Below are positions 12,950-26,222 of a DNA stretch of 64,000 bases, piece by piece. Under the pieces are notes generated by a model, which was not told where the DNA came from, searched no databases, and saw only the letters and a program-made list of their open reading frames with translations. The position numbers were made by a program, and so were the translations under genes. The DNA is from Octopus vulgaris (taxonomy: Eukaryota), in the NCBI GenBank assembly GCA_951406725.2, contig OX597816.1:3782001-3846000 (forward strand), read 5' to 3'. The stretch's first letter is position 1, and the number at the start of each line of letters is the position of its first letter.

Positions 12950-13427
12950 TGATTTTGCAACGAAACGGTAAACAAGCAAAGCCTTGACTCTTTACAGTCG
13001 AGGAAATTATAAATGATAGTAATTCATCAGATGAAGAGTTTACTCATACGCAGACAAGGAGAATGATGCGGACAATCAAACTGGCGAAAGAGATGAGGAA
13101 AGTTGCGATTCGGGTGAACAAATACAGTATTTAAGAGACAGACCTGTTCTTGTTATTCTGAAATATACGCGCGCCTCCGACAGGGAAACGCGCGAAGAAA
13201 GCGTTCGCGGAGCAAAAACGGTTTGCGATCCGACTGCCGCACACCGGGCCGCTGCGGAAGAAGGACGGGCTCCGGTACGGGTCGAAACGAAGGGGCCGGT
13301 TTTGTGATTCTGTCCAATAGTTTTCCTGAAATCATTACTATTGAACTGTAGACGCAACTATTTAGTTTTTTGCTTAGGGGCCCAGGTGAAGGGTTAACTT
13401 AGTCTCAGGGGCCCAAGTCTAAGAGGG
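12950..13427 (+). mobile_element. Internally deleted piggyBac-like remnant
   Basis: Acidic N-terminal-like stretch TVEEIINDSNSSDEEF, decayed C-terminal-like stretch PPTGKRAKK...RKKDGLRY, and GGG|TTAA ends at 13393 and 13427. Left end not found. Confidence 0.55.
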
Positions 13428-14399
13428 TTAAACACTTGAGGGAAAATGAGTAACTTCAACGTATGATTCCTAGATGTTGAGAGAATTCAATGAGTAAAAA
13501 ATTGATCTCAGTATCCTCCATGTTCGTTTTACACGACGAGTTCTATGAATCTTTACCATGCGTTTGTAAATATATCACAACTTGTAGTGACATGATATTT
13601 AGTTATGCAAAAATGATATACTACAAAGTATATTCAAGGTTTTTATCAGTCAGAAATATCACATAGCGTCCAAAGAGTGTTACATCAAGAAGGTAAAAAT
13701 GGTAGTTAGATCTTCACTTTTAAGCTCTTAAAACTGCAAGATGTGACCGAAATCTTTGGTTATGTCCCACACCGGTCATTGGCTTTATAATCGTGATCAA
13801 CAACCGACACGTAATTTGACCAGTATATTATTTTTCTGTGGCATGACATTGTAACTAAAGCAATATAAAATTCCATTCAAACTAAAGCAAGAAATATTGG
13901 TAGAGTAAAAAGAAAAATACCATCAGCCTAAAAGAATTGCTTTGATAGGAAACGAAAATATTATTGAGATCAGCAGATAAAAACATTTCATTCAGAATTA
14001 ATGAAAATATTTCTCCGTTACTTACTTTGATCCTGAATGTAAATTTTGAAGTAAATTAGCATTTATCCACTTGTAGTATTTGTAAATGGTTCAGTAAGAA
14101 TTCCGACAAGAGACTGTTGGATAGAGTTTCTAGGCAGAGAAAAATTAAAATCTGAGAGATATTTAAAAAGTTTGGTTCGTGCTTGGACAGTGCAAATATG
14201 TAAGACTTTTGTTAGAGATTGGCGTGCAAGGTTTTGCTGCGGTTCTTGTTAATAGAGATTTGTTTTATAATTATACTTCTGGGAAAATTGAGAAGAATTG
14301 AAAACGGACAAATCACAAACAGAACATACATTAACTTCTTTCTTTCTTTCTTTCTTTCTCACTGTATCTATATATTCTTTCATTTCTTATTTCCATAAT

Positions 14400-14700
14400 C
14401 TGATAATCGGGAACGGAGTGGGGTGAACATTGTGATCGCAGAATAGCCGAAAGAACAGATTTTGCTGGGCCGGACATGTCGCAGGGTTCACAAGCGACAG
14501 ATGGACCCGTGCAGTTGCTGAATGGTATCCAAGAGATTGTAAATAGACACTTGGGAAGACTCCAAGACGATGGGAAGACGATTTGGTTAAGCGACTTGGG
14601 TTCCGATGAAAAACATTAGCGCAATCAAGACAGAATAGAAAGCGCACCGTAAACAGCGGCGTATGACAGCTTCAGTCTGGTCGATACTGCGATATATATA
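14400..14700 (+). mobile_element. RTE-clade LINE 3' remnant
   Basis: Manual translation WAGHVAGFTSDRWTRAVAEWYPRDCK*TLGKTPRRWEDDLVK, the typical RTE C-terminal motif, with a stop. Confidence 0.85.
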
Positions 14701-15327
14701 GTAAGATGAGCATTCAGGTAGAATAAAGTACATGAAAAAGTATGTACCAGATAGGGTTGGGTAATCTCTCGCCCATTTCATGGTTGACCTCGACAGAGTC
14801 TAGCCACATCTTTGCTGTATTCTTGCGACAATCTTTACTTTTGTAAAATTACTTCTCGTTTGATGCTTACTGTCTTTTATAATGATGGTATGTTCTCCTA
14901 TTAAAAAGTTACGTAAGAAAATGCTGTAATTAGCTGACAATTATACATCGTATGTTACTATTTATTTGAGTATATATATATGTATGTATGTATCTGTATG
15001 TATATATGTATGTATGCATCTGTATGTATATATGTATGTATGTATCTGTATGTACATGTATGTATGCATCTGTATGTACATGTATGTATACATATATGTA
15101 TGTATACATGTTTGTATGCATACGTATGTATATGTATGTATGTATGCATATATATATATGTACATATAAATGTAATGTATATATGTATGTGTGTAATGTA
15201 TGTATATATGTATATATGTATGTATATTTATGCGTATGTGTATATGTATATACCGGTATGTGTATATATCTATATATTTCTATATATATTTGTATAGATG
15301 TATATTTACATATATATATATATGTAC

Positions 15328-15373
<46 letters not shown>

Positions 15374-15880
15374 GAGTCGTATCTTGAACACGTTACCCTC
15401 AAGACATGACAGAGATGCCATGTTGTTGCTCCGTTGTGTAGCAAACAGCGAGGATTGTTTTAACCGATAAAATTGTTATCACAAGATTTTATATTTCTGA
15501 ATGGTGAAGTCATTTTATCTTTTATTCTGTATTTTACTCGTCCTGCCTGAGTATGTTGGTTTTTGGTTTGCCTGTTCTTCCTATTAAAGCTTCCATACAT
15601 ATGATATGAAATTTTATGTGGGCGGCTAATGGTAGAGATATAGTGTTTCTTACTGATGTTTGTTGTGAGTGGTTTTGTTGCGTATCCTGTTTCATAACGC
15701 TCGCTGTAGGATTCCTGCTGAAATGTAAGGCCAACGAGTGTGACACTGTCTTGTCCTTTCACCGCTGCAATTCTGCGTATCAACAGAGCCCGGCTGTAAT
15801 GGATGAATCACTAAGAAAGAACACACACACGTATATATGTATATGCGTCTGCATGTATGCGTTGTATGTATGTGTGTGTG

Positions 15881-17255
15881 TGTATGGGGAATGTTTCTTG
15901 TAAGTAGATTTTTAATATTAAACATCAAGTATAAACTTGTGAATTATGTAAGAATCATTAATTTTGTAAGCTTGTAATTATAAATTAAATTCATTCTATG
16001 GTTTCAGGCACATTCTTTAGTGAATATAAGCGATGTCTAGTAATCTGAAGCAACGGTTGGAAAAGTTGTACGTACGTAAGACTTGCAGACGAAATAGAGA
16101 AGGCGTTGACCCGGAGGGTGGCGAGGGAGATGTACTTGAATAGCGTTGCATACTGAAACTGTATACTCCTCCCTGTAAAAAGTGGTAGGAGCCGCCATTA
16201 CAAATAGACCAGTAGCCGGTCATCAAGAGAGGATCGAGAGTCGAAGATTTGAGAGTCGACAGTTCTAGTCGATGTCTTGTGGAGCTCTCAGCAATAGTCA
16301 GACAGGGGAAATTAGTGTATTACTCTTCCGGTACGAAGAGATACAACGGTATCCAATGACTAGTAACTATTGTGGCTACTAGTGTAAAACAGCAACTACA
16401 GTAAAACGGCAGACACACATCAAACCAGTGTGAGGAACCCACTTTACGATAAACAGCTACTCTCTCTCACGTGACTCGCACTTGCGGGTAACCGTATCCG
16501 CCCCGACAGCGGGGAACAGAGATGTTATCCGGGGGCCGAGAACGCCAGAAGTCTCCACTGCTCAAGGCTCGACCACAAGTCTGTCAGAAAGCGGCCGACA
16601 CTTTGACTGTTTGGCCTTATCAGCCTGATGACCAGCGGAGCCTGGGATGGTAGCTAAAGACATCAAGAGTTAAGAGAGCTTCTTCAATCGAAGGCATGTC
16701 ATGTATGACGTCACTTATGATTGATAATCTGTCTATCACTCACCTTTCTGACGGCCAGTAAAACTCTCTGCTTGTGGTGGCAGTTTATCATTAACTGTGA
16801 CATTTTGTTTGACGGGTTATTGTGCATCTTAATATATGGATATTATATACTAAACACTGTTTGATTTTGTTTGTTCTCTTCTTAAATAGTTTGAAATGAG
16901 CGGTTATTTCTAAGATTACCAATATCAAAAAAGTCAGTGTTCCATATATGTTTAGCAAGTGACGTGTCTATTCTGTGGAAGTTTATCACAAAGTCGAAGT
17001 GTCGACTTAAATAGTTTTCTATGGGCCCCAGGTTAATGTAATTGGTAGTAATTAACTTAGTTTGCATTAAATATGATAATAATATCATTAATTATAGTCT
17101 AACTGTGGTAGGTGAGAATGCTGGCGGCAACATTTCTGCTTTGTTGGGCGTCGGCAACAACATGTCGACACAACCAACCGCATGCTAAAACAAAGAACGA
17201 ATAGTCACGTATAGCACCCTCACCGGCCGCTGCTCAGAAGCTGTTCGCCTCAAAG

Positions 17256-17260
<5 letters not shown>
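15881..17260. mobile_element. Possible solo LTR or unclassified 1.4-kb insert
   Basis: TGTA...TACA termini, non-coding, GC-richer core; no TSD identified. Confidence 0.3.
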
Positions 17261-17302
<42 letters not shown>

Positions 17303-19346
17303 GCATTGAGACGAACAGCTTATATATATAATATTTTATCATTTACTGGCTTCAGCCATTACAAATCGGCCATACTAGGGCACCACATCGTATGGAATTT
17401 TAGCCGAATTAATCGATCTCAGATCATATTTTTCAATTCTAAGGACACACACACACACATTATATATATATATATATATATACATATTAATAAATGAAAT
17501 AAAACATATGCATATATATAAACATATATGTACGTACCTACCTCTACATGTACATATACACGCATATATGAGTACAGGACGCCAAAAGGACGTCGAACAC
17601 AAAGAGAAACGAAAACATAGACACAAACCAAAGGAACTGGACATTTTTTTAAAAACAACAAAAAACGGAGTACAGGACAATTAACACAACGAAAAAACCC
17701 TTCTTCAGTCGCTAAGGTTTCATCTACTCTACGTTTCGAAGGATAAAAGCGAGACGTAATATATATATGTGTGTGCGTGCGTGCGTAATTATAGGCGGAG
17801 AGAGACTATTTTATGATAAAATAACACAGATATAACTATTCGTAATTTTCCAAGCAGTGAGTGTATAAAGTGAAATGATTTTCATAATTTTATCTCTGCT
17901 CAGGATAAGTTACATGAATCATTGCAAGAAAAAAAATCCATTCGTTCGAAGTTAATATCTTTCTCTTGTTGTAAATCAAAGTATCTCTTACAAAGTTTCT
18001 ATTTTGTGCTACGAAACGTCTGAATACCGAATAGTCGCCGAATAAATTTATCGGTGCTTCAAAAACATAAATAATTTACATATCATAAATAAATTTTTTT
18101 AATACTAAAAAAAGAGACAAAAGAATGAATAAATGGAAAATGAGCGAACAGCTCTTGACTTTATGGAATAAAGTCCCAACCAGAAAAAATGATATTCATG
18201 AAGGTTTTTTATTCAAGATATTCCCTCCGTACAAACAAAAATTGTTTCATTCACTACGTTGACTGCATAGAAGGGGGTGAAATGTGCAACTAAAAGTTGC
18301 GTGCTATGGGTATATTAACTTAAGTTGTATGTATTTATGTATGTGTGTGTGCATGTATATATATATATATATATGTTTTGGGGTGGAGGGGGCGTATTTC
18401 ACATATATATGTATATATATATATGTATGGATATATATGTGTGTATATATATGTATGTATATATGGATATATATATATATTTCTGTAAAAGTATATATAT
18501 GGATATATGGATATATATATATATATATATGGATATATATATATATTTTCGTATAAGTATATATATATATGGAGATATATATTGTTAATTTATTATTAAT
18601 TAATACATATGTATATATTTATGTATATATATGTAGGTATATGTACGTATCTATCTACATATATATATATGAATATGCATATATGTATGTATCTATGTAT
18701 ATGGATGAGTATATCTATATGTAAATATATCTCTGTGTATATATATATATATATGTGTGTGTGTGTATAGATACTGTTGTGTCTGGGGAGAGTCATTTTC
18801 TTTTTGTGACTTATAGTTTAACACACACCTGTAAAATTTCTACGTATGTGTGGACACGTGTCTACATATGTGTCCTTGTGTAAAGTAAAGTGTGTGTGTA
18901 TATATGGTTATGTGTTTCAGTCTCCATTTGCATATGTGTGCTTGTCTGTTCATAACCTGTGTACCTATCCGTCTGTATGTTGATCTGTTTATTTCCATAG
19001 CCATATGCTTGCATACATGTGCCTATACACATACATACATACATACATATATCTATCTACCTAACAACCCACTATTCTACTCAACCTTTGCAAACTGTGG
19101 GTATGGAGGAGTGATATCTACTCTCTTTTACTCTCTTTTACCTGTTTCAGTCATTTGACTGCGGCCATGCTGGAGCACCGCCTTTAGTCGAGCAAATCGA
19201 CCCCGGGACTTATTCTTTGTAAGCCCAGTAGTTATTCTATCGGTCTCTTTTGCCGAACCGCTAAGTGACGGGGACATAAACACACCGGCATCGGTTGTCA
19301 AGCAATGCTAGGGGGACAAACACAGACACACAAACATATACACACA

Positions 19347-19782
19347 AACCATGGTTCATGGTCACAAAAATTTTTCCTATGAAGAAAGGCTGAGGACGCT
19401 CGACCTTTATTCTCTAGAAAAACGCCGCCGCCGTGGTGATCTCATTCTCGCCCACAACATCATAAGCGGAAAGTGTAACCTCTCGAAAGAGCTGTTCTTC
19501 ACTCCTGCTCCAGAGCGTCGGCTGCGGGGTCATTCCGAAAAGCTCTACCTGCGACGATTTCATCTCAATCGAAGGAGAGGAGCTTTCTCCGTCCGGGTTG
19601 CGGATCCGTGGAACAAGCTGCCAGACGAGATGGTGAAGATGCCGACGACCGCTTTGTTCAAAGCCTCCCTTGACATCAAGTGGCCTGAACTCTTTACATG
19701 AACACCACCCTGTACTTAACTCCATGTCCCCCTGCATGGCCTTGCTATTTGCTTTTGAGCCAAATTAACTAACTAACTAAAT
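19347..19782 (+). mobile_element. 5'-truncated CR1-clade LINE inserted in a family B SINE
   Basis: ORF2 end SYEERLRTLDLYSLEKRRRRGDLI...RGHSEKL...FSVRVADPWNKLP is uninterrupted; (TAAC)n tail; 14-bp TSD aacatatacacaca at 19333-19346 and 19783-19796. Confidence 0.92.
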
Positions 19783-19801
19783 AACATATACACACACACT
19801 T

Positions 19802-19851
<50 letters not shown>

Positions 19852-20019
19852 TACGACAGGCTTCTTTCAGTTTCCGTCTACCAAATCCACTCACAAGGCA
19901 TTGGTCGGCCCGGGGCTATAGCAGAAGACACTTGCCCAAGATGCCACGCAGTGGGACTGAGCCCGGAACCATGTGGCTGGTTGGCAAGCTACTTACCACA
20001 CAGCCACTCCTACTATGTA

Positions 20020-22315
20020 TATTTCCTATGTAGTATTGGGGAAGTTTCATTTATGAGGACGTACTCCCGTATTTGTCTGAGTGTTGGGTCTTTTGGGTGC
20101 TTGGATAAGATACGTGTGTGAAGTTGACTCACGTTGCCTCCATGTTCGTCTTTAGCATGTTGATGGAGTATGGAGGACTGTTTTTGTCGTCAAATCGTTT
20201 CAGATGTTCATTTAGTCGTTCTGCAATGCTCTTAGATGTCTCCCCTATATACGTCATGTTCATATCTTTACAAGCACCTTCTATGCATCATTTCTAGTTC
20301 TGCAGTTAATGCCAGGGCTAATCCTACATTGCCATGCAGTTATCATTGGTGCATATAGTATTCTCAACGGGGTACGTCCTACATTGTTGTGATCTGATGG
20401 AGTTCCCTGGCTTTTCAACAATTTTAATGTTGAGTGTGGTCTCCTTCAGACCTTTCCTAAATCTACGGGCTAGTTCTCCATGGGCTGTGGCCTATACAAA
20501 TATCACTCCTTGATAGTTGTTGGTTCTATACCACGTGTTCGCCCTGTTTGCTTTGTCATAAGTTCTCTGTATCCTATTCCATTCTTTGTTTCTATATCTA
20601 GGGTTGGTACCACTGGTATCATTACATATAATGGTATCTAATTTCTTTCTAGCTCCCACCCCGTATACTCAAACCATGTCTTTCTGATTATATCCAGAGA
20701 ATTGCATGCGGTGCATGAAGTTCCGTACATGTTTCCTTGGGTTCACACAGTGGGGACACCTTGTTTAGTATCCTAACTAGGTCTGCTATCAGTGTGTTGA
20801 TTTTCATGTTGTGTGACAAAGCTGAGTTCTTGTGAACAACATATTTTGAAGTTATGGGTTCCATGTAATAAGAGTGGAGGAGCTTCACTCTATTGTTCAC
20901 AGTCTCGAACCAAAGTTCAGTATCAAGTACAGGGAGTCTATTGTTGGGGGTGCTTGGTGGGGTAATCTATAGTTACCTTGATACTTTGGGGATGGAGTTC
21001 ACTATGTGCTAGATGCTCTCCATTATGTTCCTCTCAGTTTCTACTCAACCGTAACTGGAGTTGGTCCTGACTATGATATTAATGTCATCTACATATCTAC
21101 TGTAGAGTAGAAGAGTTGTGGACTGTTCTGCTAACATTTGCTTACGTTTTCTGTCCCACCATGTCATGCCACATCTCCAGCTACACCGACACCAATGGCT
21201 GCACCTTGAACCTGCATGTATAGTTTTTTGTTAAACTTTACCATGTGGTTCGTCAAGGTGGTTCTTACACTGGCCCCTATTACATGTGCAATCATTTCTT
21301 TCACCTGATTGTTGTTCTCAGGGTTTTGGGTGGGTGCAGTCCAGGCACTCCAGCGTTCTGCAGTGCTTTTCTTCACTGCTGAAGTGATGGTGGGTGGTCA
21401 ACCTCTCTGTGACATGGTGGGGCAGAATTTACTAAGGTCATGGTCATCTAAATAGTTAGTCATAGCAAAGTCTGAGGAGGAGGCCCAGTTCCCTGGTGTT
21501 GACCTTACGGAACTCCACCTCACTCTCACAGATTATCTGAATGCATTTCTCCACAGCAAAATCTATGTCTATAGATGTGTAGAGTGAAATCACCTCCATT
21601 CTACCCACTACACAAACTGTGAAGTCGTTGGAGTAGTTGCAAGTACTGATTTTACTGAGGAGATCTTCCGTGCTCACACAGACATCTGGAGACATCTCTA
21701 TGAGAGGTCGCAATACCTGTGAGAGGAAGTAGGACGATCTAATGTTGCTGGAGATATTCGTCCCGCGAACTGGTCTGGTTGAGGACCCCACGATAGGGTT
21801 TATGTAGGGTTTGTGGTCTTTGCGTAATCCGTATAGCGTAGAAACATCATTGTTGGATGCTAGGAAATTGTGTGCCGTCCTTTCTATATGTTGGAGTCTG
21901 TTGCAGCACATTCCCATGTGTGCATTGAGGAGTTTTCCACTCTTTCAACGTTCCTGTGGTGTAACTTCTCTCATGCTACTCATGTTTTGTTGCATGGTCT
22001 GGACATAGTTCTGTGGCTTGTCTATTGACAGTCTGCCAGACTTGTCCGTAGAGAGACGTACTAATTCTCTCTTCCTAATTCAGTTTCAGTTTTCGTAGGT
22101 CTTTGTCCACAGATGAGCTGAGTTGGTGGGTTCCCTCCTATGGTTTTTAGTGGATTTGTTGTATCGGTCTAATTTATGCCGGAGTCTATTTGTAGCTAAG
22201 GAGATCGTTGCTTCTGTTTCACTGTCAATTTGAGGAGGGATACCCTTTTGTTAAATGGTAAGCCTGTGGAGTAGATCCTTGTCATGTCATAGGATTTGTT
22301 GTTAGGGTTGTAGAA
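20020..22315 (-). mobile_element. Decayed Penelope-like retroelement (RT + GIY-YIG)
   Basis: Fragments LYGLRKDHK, EVISLYTSID, KFNKKLYMQVQGAAIG, LYSRYVDDINII and TYIGETSKSIAERLNEH, with several stops and frameshifts. Confidence 0.9.
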
Positions 22316-22638
22316 GACAGTGTGTTATTATTGTTGTGGTTATTGTTGTCGTTGCTGCTGCTGGTGGTAGTGCTTGTGTTGTGCCTATTGTTATTGTTGT
22401 GGGTGGTGGTGTTGCAAACCAAATCCAATAACGAAATATATATATGTATATATATATATGTGTGTGCATGCATATATATATATATATGCATATGTGTATA
22501 TTTATATATGCATGTGTGTGTTTATATATATATAGGCAACGAAAAATTATAAAAAGGCAGAATGCTAAATTTAAGGAAAATTTTAATGAATATGGGTGTA
22601 TGGAAAAATGTTTTAAATTAATAAAATATATATATATT

Positions 22639-22680
22639 AATTCAAACCGGTTTTCGTCACAATGTGACTTTTCAAGAATT
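22639..22680 (-). ncRNA. Minimal type I hammerhead motif, U3-A8 variant
   Basis: AATTC TTGAAAA GTCAC ATT GTGAC GAAA ACCGGT TT GAATT: perfect stems I and II, palindromic stem III. Lies in a (TA)n-flanked insert at about 22533-22833. Confidence 0.7.
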
Positions 22681-23404
22681 GTAAGGTGAAAAGAAAAAAA
22701 AAAATGTTTGACGAAGGGGAAAAAAAAAAATTACATTGTCTTTTGCAAAAAAAATAATAATAAACACATACAAAAATTAGAAAATAGGTCCACCGATACA
22801 TTGTAGAGTCTTTGTGTATCACGAGTTTAATGATATATATATATATATATATATACATATTGTATGTGTGTTATATGTATTCTGCTGTTGCCTAAAGAGT
22901 AAGGATCTTCTATTTAGAATCACCCTAGGCGCATTAACTCGACTTTAGTTTGTATTAATGCGAGGGAAACTGCAAGCAATATGAGGGTGCGAAGTGAATT
23001 GATAATGCGTTTTAACGACAATTATTTAGGCATAAATTCTTTCACTGATAATTCATGTGATTCAAAACAGTTAACGCCAACATTCATAAACTGGACACTT
23101 ATCATGTATCGAAAAAGCATTAATATGTATAATACTGCTCCAATGAATAAATATCCCATTCCTCCTCCCAGCCAAGATTGCGCTATCCATTTATTTAATA
23201 TGCACAACCGAAAGTATTCTGCAGGAACTATGGAAACTTTTATAAATATCGATTGTTTTAGTCCAGAGAACCGCAGCAGAGTATAGGGACCAATAAATTC
23301 ATTTCCAGTTTCGCATGAACAACGTTTTGATGAGATGCATGCGAGTGTGTGCACGTGCGTATATACATACATATATATATATTTACATAGATACACAATA
23401 CACA

Positions 23405-23446
<42 letters not shown>

Positions 23447-23892
23447 TTTCACATATATACATGCGCACACATACATAAATACACAAACGTGTGTGTGTGT
23501 GTGTCTTGTCTCCACCACTCCTCGGCAGCCTGTCTTGGTGTCTTTACGTGTCCGTGACTGACCGGTTCGGCAAAATTGACCAATAGAATAAATACGAGGC
23601 TCAAAAAAAATCTACTATTGTCGATCCATTCGACTGGAAATTCTTCCAGGCGGTGCACCAGCATGGCCGTAGTCTAAAGCCTGAAACCAGTAATAGATAA
23701 AGAAGCCAATTATCTCACGCACTGTTAGAAACATTCACTCCATTTATGGCCCTCATGCATTTTTGATAAATTATGCTCGGCGAATCATATCTGTTCGCCT
23801 TTGCTTGTGGGTTATTTTTGTGTTGGTAGCAATCCTAACGGTATCAGCGACATTGATAAAGATTTCATTTAAAACGTTTTTCTAGTCATACC

Positions 23893-24210
23893 TATTTCTT
23901 TACTGCCCACAAGGGCAGTAAAGATGAAAGTCGACCTCGGCGGATTTTGAACTCAGAGCGTAACGGCAGACAAAATACCTATTTCTTTACTACCCACAAG
24001 GGGCTAAACACAGAGGGGACAAACAAGGACAGACAAAGAGATTAAGTCGATTACATCGACCCCAGTGCGTAACTAGTACTTAATTTATCGACCCCAAAAG
24101 GATGACAGGCAAAGTCGACCTCGGCGGAATTTGAACTCAGAGCGTAACGGCAGACGAAATACTGCTAAGCATTTCGCCTGATGTGCTAACGTCTCTGCCA
24201 GCTCGCCGCC
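23893..24210 (-). mobile_element. Dimeric family A SINE
   Basis: 15-bp TSD ttttctagtcatacc (23878-23892, 24211-24225); internal junction atacc|tatttc at 23979. Confidence 0.9.
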
Positions 24211-24497
24211 TTTTCTAGTCATACCGTCCTAATGTGCCTTTGTAGAATGCTTGGCTATTACGGGGTCTAATTTGTTCCTTTTTCCAAAATATACTTTGCC
24301 ATTTGGCTCCGAATTTTTATCATAGGAGTAAACGTTTCCCTGAACGTCATATTCAGATTAAAATAGGAGGATCGTATTCTTAACGAAAATCAAACCAAAC
24401 TATTCCTTATAATAGAAAGTGGTGCTGGTCTATAGAGGGTAGTTTTGGTGAAGTGTTATGTGATTTTACATTAAATTGACTTGTTGGGTAAAGGTGA

Positions 24498-24840
24498 AAC
24501 AATGCGAGAAAATACAAATAAACTACAAAAACAGTAAGACAACAAATCCAAGTCACAATTTTTTTACCTTATATTTCTGTATTTTGGCGGTATCACCTCT
24601 TCTTCAAGACATGTGGAAAATATAGAACTACATAAAGCAAACTGATTACAAGAGCAATATCAGTCAGCACATACCAGCTTCCTCTCCCACACATCTAAGC
24701 AACGACCTTTTTCACTCCTTCGCTTGTCCCCATGTCCTGAAGAAGAGGGTCATAACCCCAAAGTATAGAAATATAAGGTCAAACCACAACATTTTTCGTT
24801 TTCTATTTTGTACATTTACTTTATATCTTCTCTCATTGTT
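24498..24840. repeat. Old degenerate inverted repeat with hammerhead-like cores
   Basis: accttatatttctgta...ctcttcttcaagacatg (24566-24613) mirrored by catgtcctgaagaagag...tagaaatataaggt (24731-24779). Confidence 0.6.
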
Positions 24841-25960
24841 CCAGCTTTTTACCCAACAAGTCTCTTTAGCGTAAATATCTAATTTTTTCATTTGGTCCAT
24901 CTATATGCTTTGTCGCAGTTTCCTTTTGTATTTATCCTTTCAATATCTATAAAATAAATACCAGATAGGCGTAGGAATGGCTGTGTGGTAAGTAGCTTGC
25001 TTACGAACCACATAGACCCGGGTTCAGTCTTGGGAAAGTGTCTTCTACTATAGCCTCGGGCCGTCCAAAGCCTTGTGAGTGGATTTGGTAGATGGAAACT
25101 GAAAGAAGCCCGTCGTATATATATGTATGTGTGTGTGTATATGTTTGTGTGTCTTGTTTGTCCCTCCCTCCAACATCGCTTGATGTAAACACACATTGCT
25201 GGTGTGTTTTCGTCCCCGTACCTTAGTGGTTCGGCAAAAGGGACCTTAAAAAATAAGCGATAGGCTTGCAAAGAATAAGTCCTTGGGTTGATTTGCTCGA
25301 CTAAAAGAGGCGGTGCTCCAGCATGGCCACCGTCAAATGACTGAAACAGGTAAAAGAGTAAAGAGAGAGTATATACACCGGGGAAGTCTCAGTCAACTGT
25401 CCTCTTTCCATAAAAAACGTGTGGCCTTGTGTGAAAGTAGAAAACAAGTTAATCGTTATGAGAGGGAAACACATCGTTTATGATTAATAAGATTGTGCTC
25501 AAAGCGTGACGAAAATAAACTAGTTTAATGCGAGATAATGAAGTGCTTTGGTTTTCTCCATTTCATCTTTCTGTCATATTCTTCTGGTATACCATGGTTT
25601 ACGGATCTTTCAGCGGAAATATTTATTGGAACGTTGATATCTTTCAATTGCCTGTGATTAACCCAAGTGTACGGTAATTATCTGCTGAAAGAAAGACAGA
25701 CTGTCTATTCAGCAACATGCATAGGTTTTCTAAAAGGAAGAAAAGGAGTTTGCTGCTGGAATAAATAAAATTAAAAGCACAAACTGAGGGTAGGTCGACA
25801 AATGGCTTTCTGCCTTTTTAAACAGACCAAAGAGCAACAACGTTCCATTTACAGTGAACAGACATTCATTTCTGGTGATTTTCTTTTAAAACCAAACGAT
25901 AAAAAAGAAATTCTGTTTATTTGGTAGGGCTTCTGGTTGAAAGAGATTGTAAAATAATAT

Positions 25961-26222
25961 GGTGGCGAGCTGGCAGAAACGTTAGCACGCCGGGCGAAAT
26001 GCGTTGCCGTATTTCGTCTGTCGTTACGTTCTGAGTTCAAATTCCGCCGAGGTCGACTTTGCCTTTCATCCTTTCGAGGTCGATAAATTAAATACCAATT
26101 GCATACTGGGGTCGATTTAATCGATAAATTAAGTTCCAGTTACGAAATGGGGTCGATGTAATCGACTTAATCCCTTTGTCCTTGTTTGTCCCCTCTATGT
26201 TTAGCCCCTTGTAATAAAGAAA
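25961..26222 (+). mobile_element. Family A SINE
   Basis: Full head, core and tail; TSD attgtaaaataat. Other copies at about 31530-31745(-), 35335-35724(-), 37670-37901(+), 39450-39850(-), 40370-40725(-), 41515-42392(-, three), 52955-53175(-), 58310-58528(-), 61420-61580(+). Confidence 0.88.
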
